From: Mycobacterium leprae TN
Lineage (GTDB): Bacteria; Actinomycetota; Actinomycetes; Mycobacteriales; Mycobacteriaceae
Direction: 5' to 3'
DNA length: 32,000 nt
Assembly (NCBI RefSeq): GCF_000195855.1
Contig: NC_002677.1
Span: forward strand, 2,880,001-2,912,000
Under the pieces are notes generated by a model. It ran no database searches. It saw only the letters and a list, made by a program, of their open reading frames with translations, and was not told the DNA's origin. A program made the translations under genes and the position numbers. Position 1 is the stretch's first letter; each line of letters begins with the position of its first letter. Shown here one piece after another: positions 1-9,619 of the stretch.

Positions 1-40
1 CTCCATTGGCTGCAGTACTCAGCCGTCCACCAACAAGTAT

Positions 41-1024
41 TCAGTCCACTCCCGCATACGAATGCAGACCTACAGTCACCAGGTTAACGAAAAACAGGTT
101 GAAGACCATAGCAACACACCCGACCACGTTGATCCACGCCGCCCTCCTGTCCCGCCATCCCGCGGTCGACCTGGCATGTAGATAAGCTGCGTATACTACC
201 CACGCAACAAAAGAAACCGTCTCCTTGGGATCCCAGCCCCAGTACCTGCCCCAGGCTTGCTCGGCCCAGATCGCACCAAAGATCACCCCGAAACCAAACA
301 CCGGAAACGCAAAGATCGTCGTTCGATAGGCGATCCGGTCCAGGGTCTGTGCGTCAGGGAACCGCCGCACCAGCCGGGCCAGTGCCTTTGCACCTTCGGG
401 GTCGGAGGCCACCAGCCGCGAGGTGCTCAGCAGGAACAAGATGCTGGCGATGCCGGCGACCAGGAAAATCCCCGAGCCGAGGCTGACCACCGACACGTGG
501 ATGGGCAGCCAGTAGGACTGCAGCGCCGGGATCACCGGTGCGGCGTTGGCGTAGAGCCACCGACCGGAAATCGTGAGCAGGATCAACACCGACACCAGCA
601 AGAAAACCCACAGCGGGCGGTACTGTCGCCGACGCAACACGATCGCGCCGGCGACCAGCTCGGAGAAGCAGGTCAGGTTAATGAACTCATACATATTGCC
701 CCAAGGCACACGCAGGGTGGCCAGGCCGCGCAGCAATATGCACGCTAGCAAGAGACCGATGCCAAGGTAGGCCACGGCCAACCCAGCCTGCCCGACACGT
801 TCGCCGAACGGCCGTTGCAGAGAGTCCACCACGATACCGGGGGTCCCGCTGTCGGCGGCGACCGACCCGGGCACCACCCGCGTGCGGTTGTCTAACCGGC
901 GGCTGCCAACGTACGCTAGCTCGTAAGCCAACAGTAGCAGAGCGACCACCAACGCCACCACGGCCGAGGTGAACGCCCAGTCGGAGTAGCACGCCAGGCC
1001 GATGTTGACGTGCAGAGTGTTCAT
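41..1024 (-). CDS. ccsA: Cytochrome c biogenesis protein CcsA/ResC (System II heme handling)
   Basis: 327-aa multi-TM ORF with the Trp-rich motif WGRYWGWDPKE typical of the CcsA/CcmC family. Its start overlaps the stop of the upstream resB-like ORF (1021-1024). Sits last in a ccdA-resB-ccsA order. Confidence 0.9.
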   Translation of the reverse strand: MNTLHVNIGLACYSDWAFTSAVVALVVALLLLAYELAYVGSRRLDNRTRVVPGSVAADSGTPGIVVDSLQRPFGERVGQAGLAVAYLGIGLLLACILLRGLATLRVPWGNMYEFINLTCFSELVAGAIVLRRRQYRPLWVFLLVSVLILLTISGRWLYANAAPVIPALQSYWLPIHVSVVSLGSGIFLVAGIASILFLLSTSRLVASDPEGAKALARLVRRFPDAQTLDRIAYRTTIFAFPVFGFGVIFGAIWAEQAWGRYWGWDPKETVSFVAWVVYAAYLHARSTAGWRDRRAAWINVVGCVAMVFNLFFVNLVTVGLHSYAGVD

Positions 1025-2649
1025 TTGACGTCCATTTGAGAACTCCTTCTGGCCGCTGCAAGCGTCCGGTCAGCCGCGACGAGCCCGGCCAATAGCCGCT
1101 CCGTCAATCGCTCGAATTCATCGCCCCATCCGGAATTGTCGGTGCGGGCCAGGCCGCCTAGTTCGACGTTCACCGTACCGGCCGCCGGGGTGAGCCTGAC
1201 CCACACCCGGCGACGACGCACCATCAGCGACACCACTAGCCCGACCATCATCGCTATGGCGAAAACAAATACCCAAGCCTGGCCGGGATCATGTGACACC
1301 TGCAAATTGACGAACGGCACAGCCCCATCGAAGCGCACCACGGTGCCAGCCCCTGGACCTTGGCCAAGCCGGACCTGTTCGCCGGCCTGCAGATTGACCC
1401 GTTTCTCTTTGGTCAGCCGGCCCTGATTGATCAGCCGGGGATCCAGAGTGAACAACGACTGAGGCCGCCCGCTGTCCAGGCCGGTATCGCCGCGGTAAAT
1501 GTCGATGGCTACCGCGGGGGCGTTCAGCGCTGGGAAACGCGACAACAACAAGGTGCCGTCTAGCTGCTCGGTCGGTGCCAACAGGCCTTGGATCGCGATC
1601 TCGTGTTGACGACGCTCGCTCATGTTGGGATAGCTGCCTGCGGGTGGGTCGATGCGCACCACGCCCGACGACAGTAGCGTCTGCTGGTTTTCAGGTCGCC
1701 ATTGCACGGTCGACGTGCGCGTCTGTCCGTCGGGGAATGTCACAGTGAAGGTGGGCGCGTAGCCGTGGCCCTGCAAGTACACCCGGTTACCGGCGACGCG
1801 CAGTGGGTGGTTGACTTCCAACCGGTAGGGCCGCCAGCTATTCACCGTCAAATCGTGACCATCCTGATAGTCAATATCCGCAGTAAACGACATAGCCTGT
1901 CCCGAGGGCAAGTAATGTGCCGCAAAGTCGTTTACCCGAATGCAAATCGGATGCAACGAAGTTCCGTCGACGGTGTTGCCGGCACGGAACGCATCGAATG
2001 CAGCCGGCGATGCTGAGCAAAAGCCAGGTCCACCGTCAGCGATGACAACAACATTGCCCTCGTAACCGAACAGCTTGTCGACGGCCACCGCAACCAGCAG
2101 GCCCAGCAGCGAAAAGTGAAAGACCAGGTTGCCGAATTCACGCAGGTAACCCTTTTCAGCGGACACCACGGTTTCGGGGACTACACCGTCTTGAGTGCGA
2201 ATGACCGTGCGCCAGCCGCGCAGCCTGCCAGCGATGGTGCCCGCTAGAGTCTTGTCATCACCGATGACCTGGAAGCTGGCGTGCTTGGGCAGCCGGGCCA
2301 GGTTGCGTGGGGCAATCACCGGCATGGCGCGCAGACTGCGGGCATGCTCGATCATCCGCGGGGTCAGACAGCCGACGAGGGATACGAACAGTAACGTGTA
2401 GATGGCGGTGAACCAGACGCTGGAAAACACGTTGAAGGCCTGCAACTGGTCCAGCCACGACCCGATTACCGGGTGAGCAGCCACGTAGTCGTCGACCTTG
2501 CCAACGTTGAGGTCGCGCTGCGGCAGCAACGCACCGGGTATAGCGCCAAGCGCAAGCAAAAACAACAGCACCAGCGCAGTACCCATCGAGGTAAGCGCAC
2601 GCCACGTGTTGCGCACCCAGGCCAGAAGCCGCATGAGAACCTGCATCAA
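1021..2649 (-). CDS. resB: Cytochrome c biogenesis protein ResB/Ccs1
   Basis: 542-aa ORF. The N-terminal segment LTSMGTALVLLFLLALGAIPGALLPQR resembles ResB N-termini. A large central soluble domain is followed by a C-terminal TM helix. Lies between ccdA and ccsA with 4-nt overlaps at both ends. Confidence 0.85.
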   Translation of the reverse strand: MMQVLMRLLAWVRNTWRALTSMGTALVLLFLLALGAIPGALLPQRDLNVGKVDDYVAAHPVIGSWLDQLQAFNVFSSVWFTAIYTLLFVSLVGCLTPRMIEHARSLRAMPVIAPRNLARLPKHASFQVIGDDKTLAGTIAGRLRGWRTVIRTQDGVVPETVVSAEKGYLREFGNLVFHFSLLGLLVAVAVDKLFGYEGNVVVIADGGPGFCSASPAAFDAFRAGNTVDGTSLHPICIRVNDFAAHYLPSGQAMSFTADIDYQDGHDLTVNSWRPYRLEVNHPLRVAGNRVYLQGHGYAPTFTVTFPDGQTRTSTVQWRPENQQTLLSSGVVRIDPPAGSYPNMSERRQHEIAIQGLLAPTEQLDGTLLLSRFPALNAPAVAIDIYRGDTGLDSGRPQSLFTLDPRLINQGRLTKEKRVNLQAGEQVRLGQGPGAGTVVRFDGAVPFVNLQVSHDPGQAWVFVFAIAMMVGLVVSLMVRRRRVWVRLTPAAGTVNVELGGLARTDNSGWGDEFERLTERLLAGLVAADRTLAAARRSSQMDVK

Positions 2650-3434
2650 ATCGACACCCTCATGTCACTGACGACGGCATCCCTCAGCCACGAAACAAAG
2701 TCATCCCACACCCCGGCGATCAGTGCCGCACCGATCGCTATCAGGAGCATGCCGCCAAAGACTTGGATGGCCCGGCCGTATTGCCGTAACCACCTCAAGC
2801 CGGCCACCGCCTGCGCAGAACCGGACGCTAACAGCACGAACGGGATTCCTAAGCCCATGCAGTAGGCAATTACCAGTAGAATCCCGCGCGTCACATTTAC
2901 GCCGTCGGTGGCCGCAGCAACCGTGATTACCCCACTCAACGTCGGCCCTAAGCACGGCGTCCAGCCGAGCGCAAATACTGTGCCAAGCACCGGCGCCCCC
3001 GCCACCGTCGTCAACTGCCGCAAGCTAAACTGAACCTGGCGCTGCAAGGCAGGGAGCAAACCCACGAACACCAGCCCCATCACTATGGTCAGCACACCTC
3101 CGACCCGCTGCAGCAGCACCTGATGGGTGGTCAGCACAGTGGTCATCCCCAGGACGGCGACGGTGTCGAGGACGAACACCGTGGTGAACCCAGCAACGAA
3201 CAGCACCGCGGATCCTGCCACCCGCCATCTGGCGGCAGGTGGGGTTTTGATCACACCGGCCCCTGGCTGCGTCTCTTCGTGAGAAACACCAACGACCGCC
3301 GCCAGATACGAGAGGTAGCCAGGCACCAGCGGCACCACACACGGTGAGACAAACGACACCAGCCCCGCTAGCATACACACCCCTAGCGCCACCAACAGCG
3401 GTCCCGCTGCGGCAATCTCGGTGAAGCCGGTCAT
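2646..3434 (-). CDS. ccdA: Cytochrome c-type biogenesis protein CcdA (DsbD-family thiol-disulfide transporter)
   Basis: 262-aa polytopic ORF with conserved Cys-containing TM motifs (FVSPCVVPLVPGYLSY and GWTPCLGPTL) typical of the CcdA/DsbD core. Confidence 0.9.
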   Translation of the reverse strand: MTGFTEIAAAGPLLVALGVCMLAGLVSFVSPCVVPLVPGYLSYLAAVVGVSHEETQPGAGVIKTPPAARWRVAGSAVLFVAGFTTVFVLDTVAVLGMTTVLTTHQVLLQRVGGVLTIVMGLVFVGLLPALQRQVQFSLRQLTTVAGAPVLGTVFALGWTPCLGPTLSGVITVAAATDGVNVTRGILLVIAYCMGLGIPFVLLASGSAQAVAGLRWLRQYGRAIQVFGGMLLIAIGAALIAGVWDDFVSWLRDAVVSDMRVSI

Positions 3435-4099
3435 GACGTTCCCCGCGGCAGTTGACCCGCCACGGTTTCGTGCGCCACCCTAGCCACCACAGGTTGCAAA
3501 TCCCCGGCGAGCAATTCCCGCAGAAATACCGCCGCGACCCGATGCTGACGGTCCAGCACCAACGTGAATGGGATCACGGTGGTCGGGTATTTGTCGCCGA
3601 AAGCAATCAGAGTCCGCATCGCCGGGTCGTAGATCGACGGGAACGTGACCTGGCGGTCGTTGACGAAATCCTGGGCCGCCTGGCGGTTGTTATCGCGGAC
3701 ATCGATACCGAGGAAGGATACTCCGGAATCTCGGGTAGCATTATAGACCTGCTGCAGTTGGGTCACTTCGGTCCGGCAAGGCCCACACCACTGGCCCCAA
3801 ACATTAATAACGACAACGTTTCCCGTGAAGTCGTCCAGCGCGACCGTCCGCTCAGGATCCGCCAGATCCAGCCCGGACAGCGGCCCCGGGCGGCCACGGC
3901 TCGCGGGTGGCTCGTAGAAGATGTCGGTCTTGCCGTCGGGCGAGACAAATTCAAAGGTGCCGCCTTGGACTACCGCATCGCGACCCGAACAGCCCGCTAG
4001 CAGGGTCGCCAACAGTGCACCGGCGTTCGCCAGCCGCCAGATTATCGTGGCACCACTCCTCCGCATCGCTTCGCTCTGCATCGTCGCCGGCGCTATCAA
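3431..4099 (-). CDS. Thioredoxin-like thiol:disulfide oxidoreductase lipoprotein (ResA/TlpA family)
   Basis: 222-aa ORF with a lipobox-like signal (LLATLLAGCSG) and a thioredoxin active site WCGPC (WGQWCGPCRTE). Adjacent to ccdA. Confidence 0.85.
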   Translation of the reverse strand: MIAPATMQSEAMRRSGATIIWRLANAGALLATLLAGCSGRDAVVQGGTFEFVSPDGKTDIFYEPPASRGRPGPLSGLDLADPERTVALDDFTGNVVVINVWGQWCGPCRTEVTQLQQVYNATRDSGVSFLGIDVRDNNRQAAQDFVNDRQVTFPSIYDPAMRTLIAFGDKYPTTVIPFTLVLDRQHRVAAVFLRELLAGDLQPVVARVAHETVAGQLPRGTS

Positions 4100-4704
4100 G
4101 TGCCCGCCGGCTGGGAATACTCCACCTCGACCAGCCGGTCATCGTCGTAGACAAAGGTCGTAACCGAGGCCAACGCACAGTCTCGGCGCCGCGGATCGTG
4201 CCAAAGTCGCTTGCCGGTCAAGTGTAGCCGCAACGTCCACACAGGTAGTTGATGGCTGACACACACCACCTCATGGCCGGCGCCGCGGGTACGTGCCTTG
4301 TCCATCGCAGTCGTCATCCGAGCAGCAATTTCGATGTAGGATTCCCCCCATGACGGGGTGAATGGGTTGCGCAGCTGCCACCACAACCGAGGGTCCCGCC
4401 AGGTGCTGCCGCCCAGGCCGACACGTCGCCCCTCGAAGAAACTGACCGATTCGATCAGATCGGGGTCGGTGTCCACGGGCAGGTTGTGCTTCTCAGCAAT
4501 GGGTGCCGCAGTCTCCTGTGCCCGCTGTAGCGGAGAAGCGATTACCGCAACGACATCACGGTCGGCCAACGCATCAGCGACTGCGGCCACTTGCGCTCTA
4601 CCCGTCTCAGACAGGCCAAACCCGGCGAGTCGACCGTAGAGGATCCCGGTGGGGTTGTCCACCTCACCGTGACGCACCACATGGACCCGATTATGTTCGG
4701 CCAT
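4096..4704 (-). CDS. Histidine phosphatase (phosphoglycerate mutase-like) family protein
   Basis: 202-aa ORF with an N-terminal RHG motif (VVRHGEVDNP) and a downstream SHQ histidine region. Same length as I recall for Rv0525. Its start overlaps the hemL stop by 1 nt. Confidence 0.85.
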   Translation of the reverse strand: MAEHNRVHVVRHGEVDNPTGILYGRLAGFGLSETGRAQVAAVADALADRDVVAVIASPLQRAQETAAPIAEKHNLPVDTDPDLIESVSFFEGRRVGLGGSTWRDPRLWWQLRNPFTPSWGESYIEIAARMTTAMDKARTRGAGHEVVCVSHQLPVWTLRLHLTGKRLWHDPRRRDCALASVTTFVYDDDRLVEVEYSQPAGT

Positions 4705-6068
4705 CAGGACTCCCGATGCCGGGCGGCGACTGCGGCAGCGGCCGCACCGGGCAGAGCATCAACGATGCGACCGAACGCGGCGTCGTCGAGAGCGGCCGAG
4801 ACAAACCACGCCTCGAACGTACTGCACGGCGGGTAGACGCCCGCGTCCAGCAAGGCATGAAAAAACGCCGGATAACGCCAGACCTGGCTGTTGCAAGCGG
4901 ACGCAAAGTCGGTCACAGGCGCTTCGGAAAAGAACACGCTGAACATATTGCCGGCACGCGGAATCTGATGTGGAACACCGGCATCCGTAAGCGCCTCAGA
5001 CAGCATTGCAACCAACCGGTCGGCGTTGCGGTCCAGTGTAGCATAAACTGCGTCGGCGGCAGCCCGTAGCGTTGCCAGCCCGGCGGCCATCGCCACCGGG
5101 TTACCCGACAGAGTCCCCGCCTGATACACCGGCCCCAACGGCGCCAGCCTCTCCATCACCTCAGCTCGCCCGCCGAACGCAGCGGCCGGCATTCCGCCGC
5201 TCATCACCTTCCCGAAGATGAACAAGTCAGCGGCGACCGGATCGAGCCCGTACCAACCACTTCGGCTGACCCGGAAACCGGTCATCACCTCGTCGATGAT
5301 CAGTAGCGCACCATGCTCTGCGGTGATCGCGCGCAGCGCCGCGTTGTAGCCGGGCGCGGGTGGGACAACTCCCATATTGCCGGGACTCGCTTCGGTAATC
5401 ACCGCGGCGATCTGGTCCCCCAACCGGGCAAACGTCTGCCGAACGGCCTCGATGTCATTGTAGGGCAACACAATTGTGTCAGCTGCGGCGGCTCCAGTCA
5501 CTCCCGGCGAGGACGGTAGGCTCAGCGTCGCCACCCCAGAGCCCGCGTCGGCTAATAGCGCGTCCACATGGCCGTGATAGCAGCCAGAGAACTTTATGAT
5601 CTTGGTCCGTCCGGTGAATCCACGGGCCAACCGGACCGCGCTCATGGTGGCTTCAGTGCCAGAGTTCACCAGCCGTATTCGCTCGACGGGCGCCATCCGC
5701 CCGATGATCTCGGCGGCCAGCTGCGTCTCCGCCGGAGTCGGTGCCCCGAACGACAGCCCGGAGGCAGCAACGGTAGCGACAGCGTCAACCACGGCGGGAT
5801 GCGCATGACCGAGGATCATCGGCCCCCACGAGCAGACCAGATCGACATAGCGGCGGCCGTCGGCGTCGGTTAGCCAGCAACCGCGCGCTTCGGTGATGAA
5901 GAGCGGGGTGCCACCGACCGCCGAGAAGGCGCGTACCGGGGAGTTCACCCCACCGGGAATGACGGCGCAGGCATCCTCAAACAGCTTCGCCGAAATGCTT
6001 ACGGCTGGGCCGGCCGGTGCGGTTGCCTGGTCAGTGCTGCCCACGATTACCAGTGTTCCAGCCTCCAC
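4704..6068 (-). CDS. hemL: Glutamate-1-semialdehyde 2,1-aminomutase
   Basis: 454-aa ORF with class-III aminotransferase features ([35 protein letters not shown] with the PLP lysine). GTG start at 6068. An alternative GTG at 6044 (VGSTDQAT) may be the real start. Confidence 0.93.
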   Translation of the reverse strand: MEAGTLVIVGSTDQATAPAGPAVSISAKLFEDACAVIPGGVNSPVRAFSAVGGTPLFITEARGCWLTDADGRRYVDLVCSWGPMILGHAHPAVVDAVATVAASGLSFGAPTPAETQLAAEIIGRMAPVERIRLVNSGTEATMSAVRLARGFTGRTKIIKFSGCYHGHVDALLADAGSGVATLSLPSSPGVTGAAAADTIVLPYNDIEAVRQTFARLGDQIAAVITEASPGNMGVVPPAPGYNAALRAITAEHGALLIIDEVMTGFRVSRSGWYGLDPVAADLFIFGKVMSGGMPAAAFGGRAEVMERLAPLGPVYQAGTLSGNPVAMAAGLATLRAAADAVYATLDRNADRLVAMLSEALTDAGVPHQIPRAGNMFSVFFSEAPVTDFASACNSQVWRYPAFFHALLDAGVYPPCSTFEAWFVSAALDDAAFGRIVDALPGAAAAAVAARHRES

Positions 6069-7118
6069 GACTCGTTGAACTACAGGGTGTAAGAATTCGG
6101 CGCAACTTTAGGTCGGCCCAAGTCGACAAGTTGGATAACGACATGCAACTACACTCAATGGCTAGCCCAATAACCCGCCCGGACCGCACATCAACAGTCC
6201 CATTAAGCAGCCGTGTGCCAGCTGGCTACCCATGTACAGCACTCTCGGACACGTCGAGCGGAGATCCGACAAAGCTTACAGCAAACCGTTGGTGGTGTTT
6301 CACGACAACATCAACGAACAGCTCGGGTTTGCGATCCTGCTGACATAAGGCTCCGACCGTGACTGACTGAATAACCTCAGCGCAGCAAGATGTGGGAGGC
6401 TGCGCCGCAGCAGCAAAAGCTACAGTGTCACCGACCCCCAGTTCACCGCTAAGGCCGATGCGGCCCAACACGTACGTATCGGCCGGCGGCCTTCCGCGAG
6501 GCCGCCTGCCTAGCAAGCAGTGCTGATCACTCCGACCGCGTGAGTGTTAACCCGCACGGTGGTCGAATTGTTTAATCCCGGCGGCCCAGCCCGCATCAGC
6601 GCAGGCGCCAGACTTGGGGGTGCTCACTGCACTGATCCGGCCAAAAACCAGCTTGCGGTACTGCTTTACGCAGCGTGGCGTTCCACATACAGATGGCGTC
6701 CTGGCGTCGCTGTCCTGCTGATCAACAAAACCGACCAACGGCAGATCCGGAATGCGGAGCCATCTTCCTCATTGCCGACGAAGGACAAGCAACGAGCGCA
6801 GCCACCACACCAAGTAGACTTTGATATTTAGACCTGGATAGAAATATCGCCAAAGACATCCTGGTTCACGACAGAGGAAGAGAATATTTTCACGTTTCCA
6901 CGAGTTGGGACACCACGCGAACCGACGATCATCATCGGCTAAATCGTCGTGAGCCTGGGCTGAAACACTGCCTCATGATATGTGCACTGATGATTGTCAG
7001 CCGTTGGCTGATGTAGCTTCGGTGCCGTTGACCTGGTTAAAGCCCTGTTCCTAAAATGTGGACATCTATCCATAGCTTATGGTATCATAATGTCATAATA
7101 ATAATAAGGACTACAGAG

Positions 7119-7324
7119 ATGACTCTGTGTCTGCTAACTGAGCTAAACAGACACATTCAAGAATTACGACTTCGTCACAAGTCCATCCGCCAACGAGGTT
7201 ATCAAACAAGCACTGGTCGAATACCTGAAGGCCAAACGCTCGCACCGACATGGTACGAGGCGCCTTCGAAAGAGTGCTTCAACAGAACACCGTTACGTTA
7301 GAGAAGTTGGAACACTTCCGATGA
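7119..7324 (+). pseudogene. Ribbon-helix-helix (CopG/Phd-like) antitoxin remnant, needs two frameshifts
   Basis: Three pieces in three frames: MTLCLLTELNRHIQELRLRHK, then SPSANEVIKQALVEYLKAKR, then AFERVLQQNTVTLEKLEHFR*. Together they give a beta-strand/helix/helix RHH-like pattern. The TGA at 7322-7324 overlaps the ATG (7321) of the Doc-like frame as ATGA. Confidence 0.3.
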
Positions 7325-7861
7325 CAATGTGGTCGACTACTGACGACGCGGAGCAATCCAATGCATGGTTTGTCGGCCCTGATATGCTGCGGGATGTCGG
7401 CCTCCTGGAGGCTGCGACTCCAGGTTACTACGTTCGGTAACGACATATATCCGATGCTGCACGAGAAAGCGGCCGTGTTGCTGCACAGCTTGCTTCAGAA
7501 CCATCCGTTCATCGACGGGGCGTGCCGCCCCCACTCTTTGGGATCTTACGGTACATCGCCTCTACCGATATCAGCAAACGTGATCATGATCAGCGCTACG
7601 ATCAGGTAGACGCTCAGCATCATCGACACCCCCACCAGCGTGGACGGACTGGCAGTCACCACGGCAGCCAAGTGCCGATCCGTCCAGTTTCCATGCAAAC
7701 AGCGCGATTCAAAATCGCACCGCGTGCCTGCTCATAACCTTAGCTCGGTGTCGACTTCGATCGGAAGCACAAGAAAGATAACCAGCACTCTGGACTCGGA
7801 CTTCCGGAACTTGCCGAACGCCCTCCGTGATATCCTAATGCCGAATAGTTCGAGCATATAA
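7321..7861 (+). pseudogene. Doc/Fic-family (death-on-curing) toxin pseudogene
   Basis: [32 protein letters not shown] is in one frame. After a frameshift near 7405-7420 it continues as [33 protein letters not shown] (HPFIDG at 7502-7519). The Doc signature HPFxDGNKR is degraded to HPFIDGACR. In-frame TAG at 7607-7609. The 3' limit is uncertain. Confidence 0.55.
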
Positions 7862-7873
7862 ACATATGCTCGA
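7850..7873 (+). terminator. Stem-loop (10-bp perfect stem tcgagcatat/atatgctcga, 4-nt loop) at the end of the Doc-like reading frame
   Basis: Read directly from the sequence. It spans the TAA at 7859-7861. No clear U-tract follows, so terminator function is speculative. Confidence 0.25.
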
Positions 7874-8122
7874 GCCGTCCAGTGAGCGCGCTAGTCTAGC
7901 TCCATCGCTCTGCGAGGATGCAGACTTTAATTGCAAGAACACTAAATGATCCCCGGTAGGATCAAACCAGTCAGGGATAGCGAGACTGTGATTCGCGACG
8001 GTTTAGCACTTCGAATATGTCTCGAATAACTCCGTTCCCCAAAAAACGTCGTTGACGACTAGCAACTTCCTTGGCCTTACCGCCGAGCAGCATCTAGTGT
8101 GCAGCCGATCCACGCCGGCCAG

Positions 8123-9500
8123 TTAACAAGGAAGTACAACGTAATCACGACGAACCACGACAACAGAATGAGTCAGAGTTGGGTGTGTTCGCTGCGATCG
8201 AACGCCATACGCAGCAGAACCCACGATGCCGACGAGAGGAAGTATGGAAAACCCTGAGAATAAACACATTTTGACCCGAAGCTTATCCGGAGACATCCCG
8301 GCTGCGAAGAACAATTTGGGACAACGTAATCAATATGTAAACGCATAAGGTAATCAATATGTAAACGCATAAGACGATGGCGCTGACGAGTCGAAGAGTA
8401 AGGCGACACCGTACCGGGCGCGAGCCAAGCCATCACGATGCAGCCGATACCTACCACCAACGAGCACAAAATCGCTACGTACGCTAACCCACGCCGGCTG
8501 AGCTTGACCCAGTTGGGCCGGTGCCCCTTCGGGCTGACCGTCTAGCACGAATAACATGCGCGACGCTGTGTATATGCCCGAAGTTCGGGTAAAAAGGAGT
8601 ATGGCGGTGAGCGCCACCGCATTCATGATTTTATCCGCACCGAAAATATGTATCCACTTTAACACAACCACTTAGGGTGAGGCACCGACTTGCACAGAAT
8701 CCCACGGCAACAGCACAACCAGCAGAAAGACTGAACCGATGAAAAACACCACGATACGAGCGACCACGGTGTTGGTCGCGTACTGTACCGCGCACTCAGA
8801 GTTGGAGGTTTCGACGGCGGCGATGGTAGCTAATTTCCGCGCCGACCATGGAGGAGATCGCGACCCACGATGACGGCACAAACAAACGGCCCCCACACCA
8901 TTCGGGAAAAATCCGCCATGCTAACCGAGGTTGGACAAATCCAGTTGACAATGTGGCCACAGCCCGAGGACGAACAATGTTCCGACACCCAGAAAAACCA
9001 CAATGATAGCGACTTTGATTCCAGCGAAAAGACATTCGAACTCCCCGTAGGATGCGACGGAGAACAGATTGGTCACGGATCATGACCATCAGGATTAGTG
9101 CAGGCAGCCACAACGGCGTATGGAGCCAGTAAGTGATGACCTACCCGCCAGCGACAGCCGCGAATCCGACCACAATTACCCATAAGTACCGGTACAGCGA
9201 GCCAACCGAGAAGCCAGCCCAGCCACCAAAGGCTTGTCCCACAAGAGTCGGCGAACGATCCCGTGCAAAGGTTCGCGGCAACCATCTCGCCGAGCATACG
9301 CATCACGAGAATGCTCAACACATCGCAAACCGCGTAAGTCAGGAACGCAGCGGAGCCAGCCGCGTGGATTACCACGCCAGAACCGCCAAACAACCCGGAG
9401 CCAATCCGCCGCCGATGGCGATCATGTTGAGCTAACGCTGCGACAGGCCTTGGCGCAGCTCTTATGGAGTTACCCATGGCTTGCCATTTCATGGGTCCTC
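8123..9500 (-). pseudogene. gabP: GabP-type amino acid (APC family) permease pseudogene
   Basis: Minus-strand fragments in several frames: RRIGSGLFGGSGVVIHAAGSAAFLTYAVCDVLSILVMRMLGEMVAAN, VVARIVVFFIGSVFLLVVLLPWDSV and IMNAVALTAILLFTRTSGIYTASRMLFVL. These match the conserved order of amino-acid permease motifs. Multiple stops and frameshifts. Confidence 0.8.
8326..8373. repeat. Perfect 24-bp tandem duplication (gtaatcaatatgtaaacgcataag x2)
   Basis: Copy 1 is 8326-8349 and copy 2 is 8350-8373, identical by direct reading. Lies in the gabP pseudogene and appears as MRLHIDYL/MRLHIDYV in the minus-strand translation. Confidence 0.95.
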
Positions 9501-9619
9501 CTGACGCGCCCCGTCCCCTAATGTTGGTCTCTAACCACAACAGACATCAGGGGGCGGAGCACCACTCGGTGGCATACGGCATACGGTGTGGGGCTATCGA
9601 AACCAGCGGGATCGGATCC

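Noticed and set aside
257-748. 163-aa plus-strand ORF and several 60-130-aa ORFs overlapping ccsA/resB
   Set aside because: Antisense or out of frame within well-supported genes. No motifs.
6095-6130. Candidate hemL promoter (TAAAGT -10-like hexamer on the minus strand about 35 nt upstream of the GTG)
   Set aside because: No acceptably spaced -35 element, and many similar hexamers occur by chance. Not supportable without TSS data.
6850-6900. Minus-strand string NILFLCREPGCLWRY, reminiscent of a low-molecular-weight phosphatase/ArsC P-loop
   Set aside because: The C-X5-R spacing is not satisfied, and no flanking family motifs could be read in any frame.
7096-7107. (TAA)4 microsatellite
   Set aside because: Only four units, too short to treat as a meaningful repeat or likely polymorphic marker without population data.
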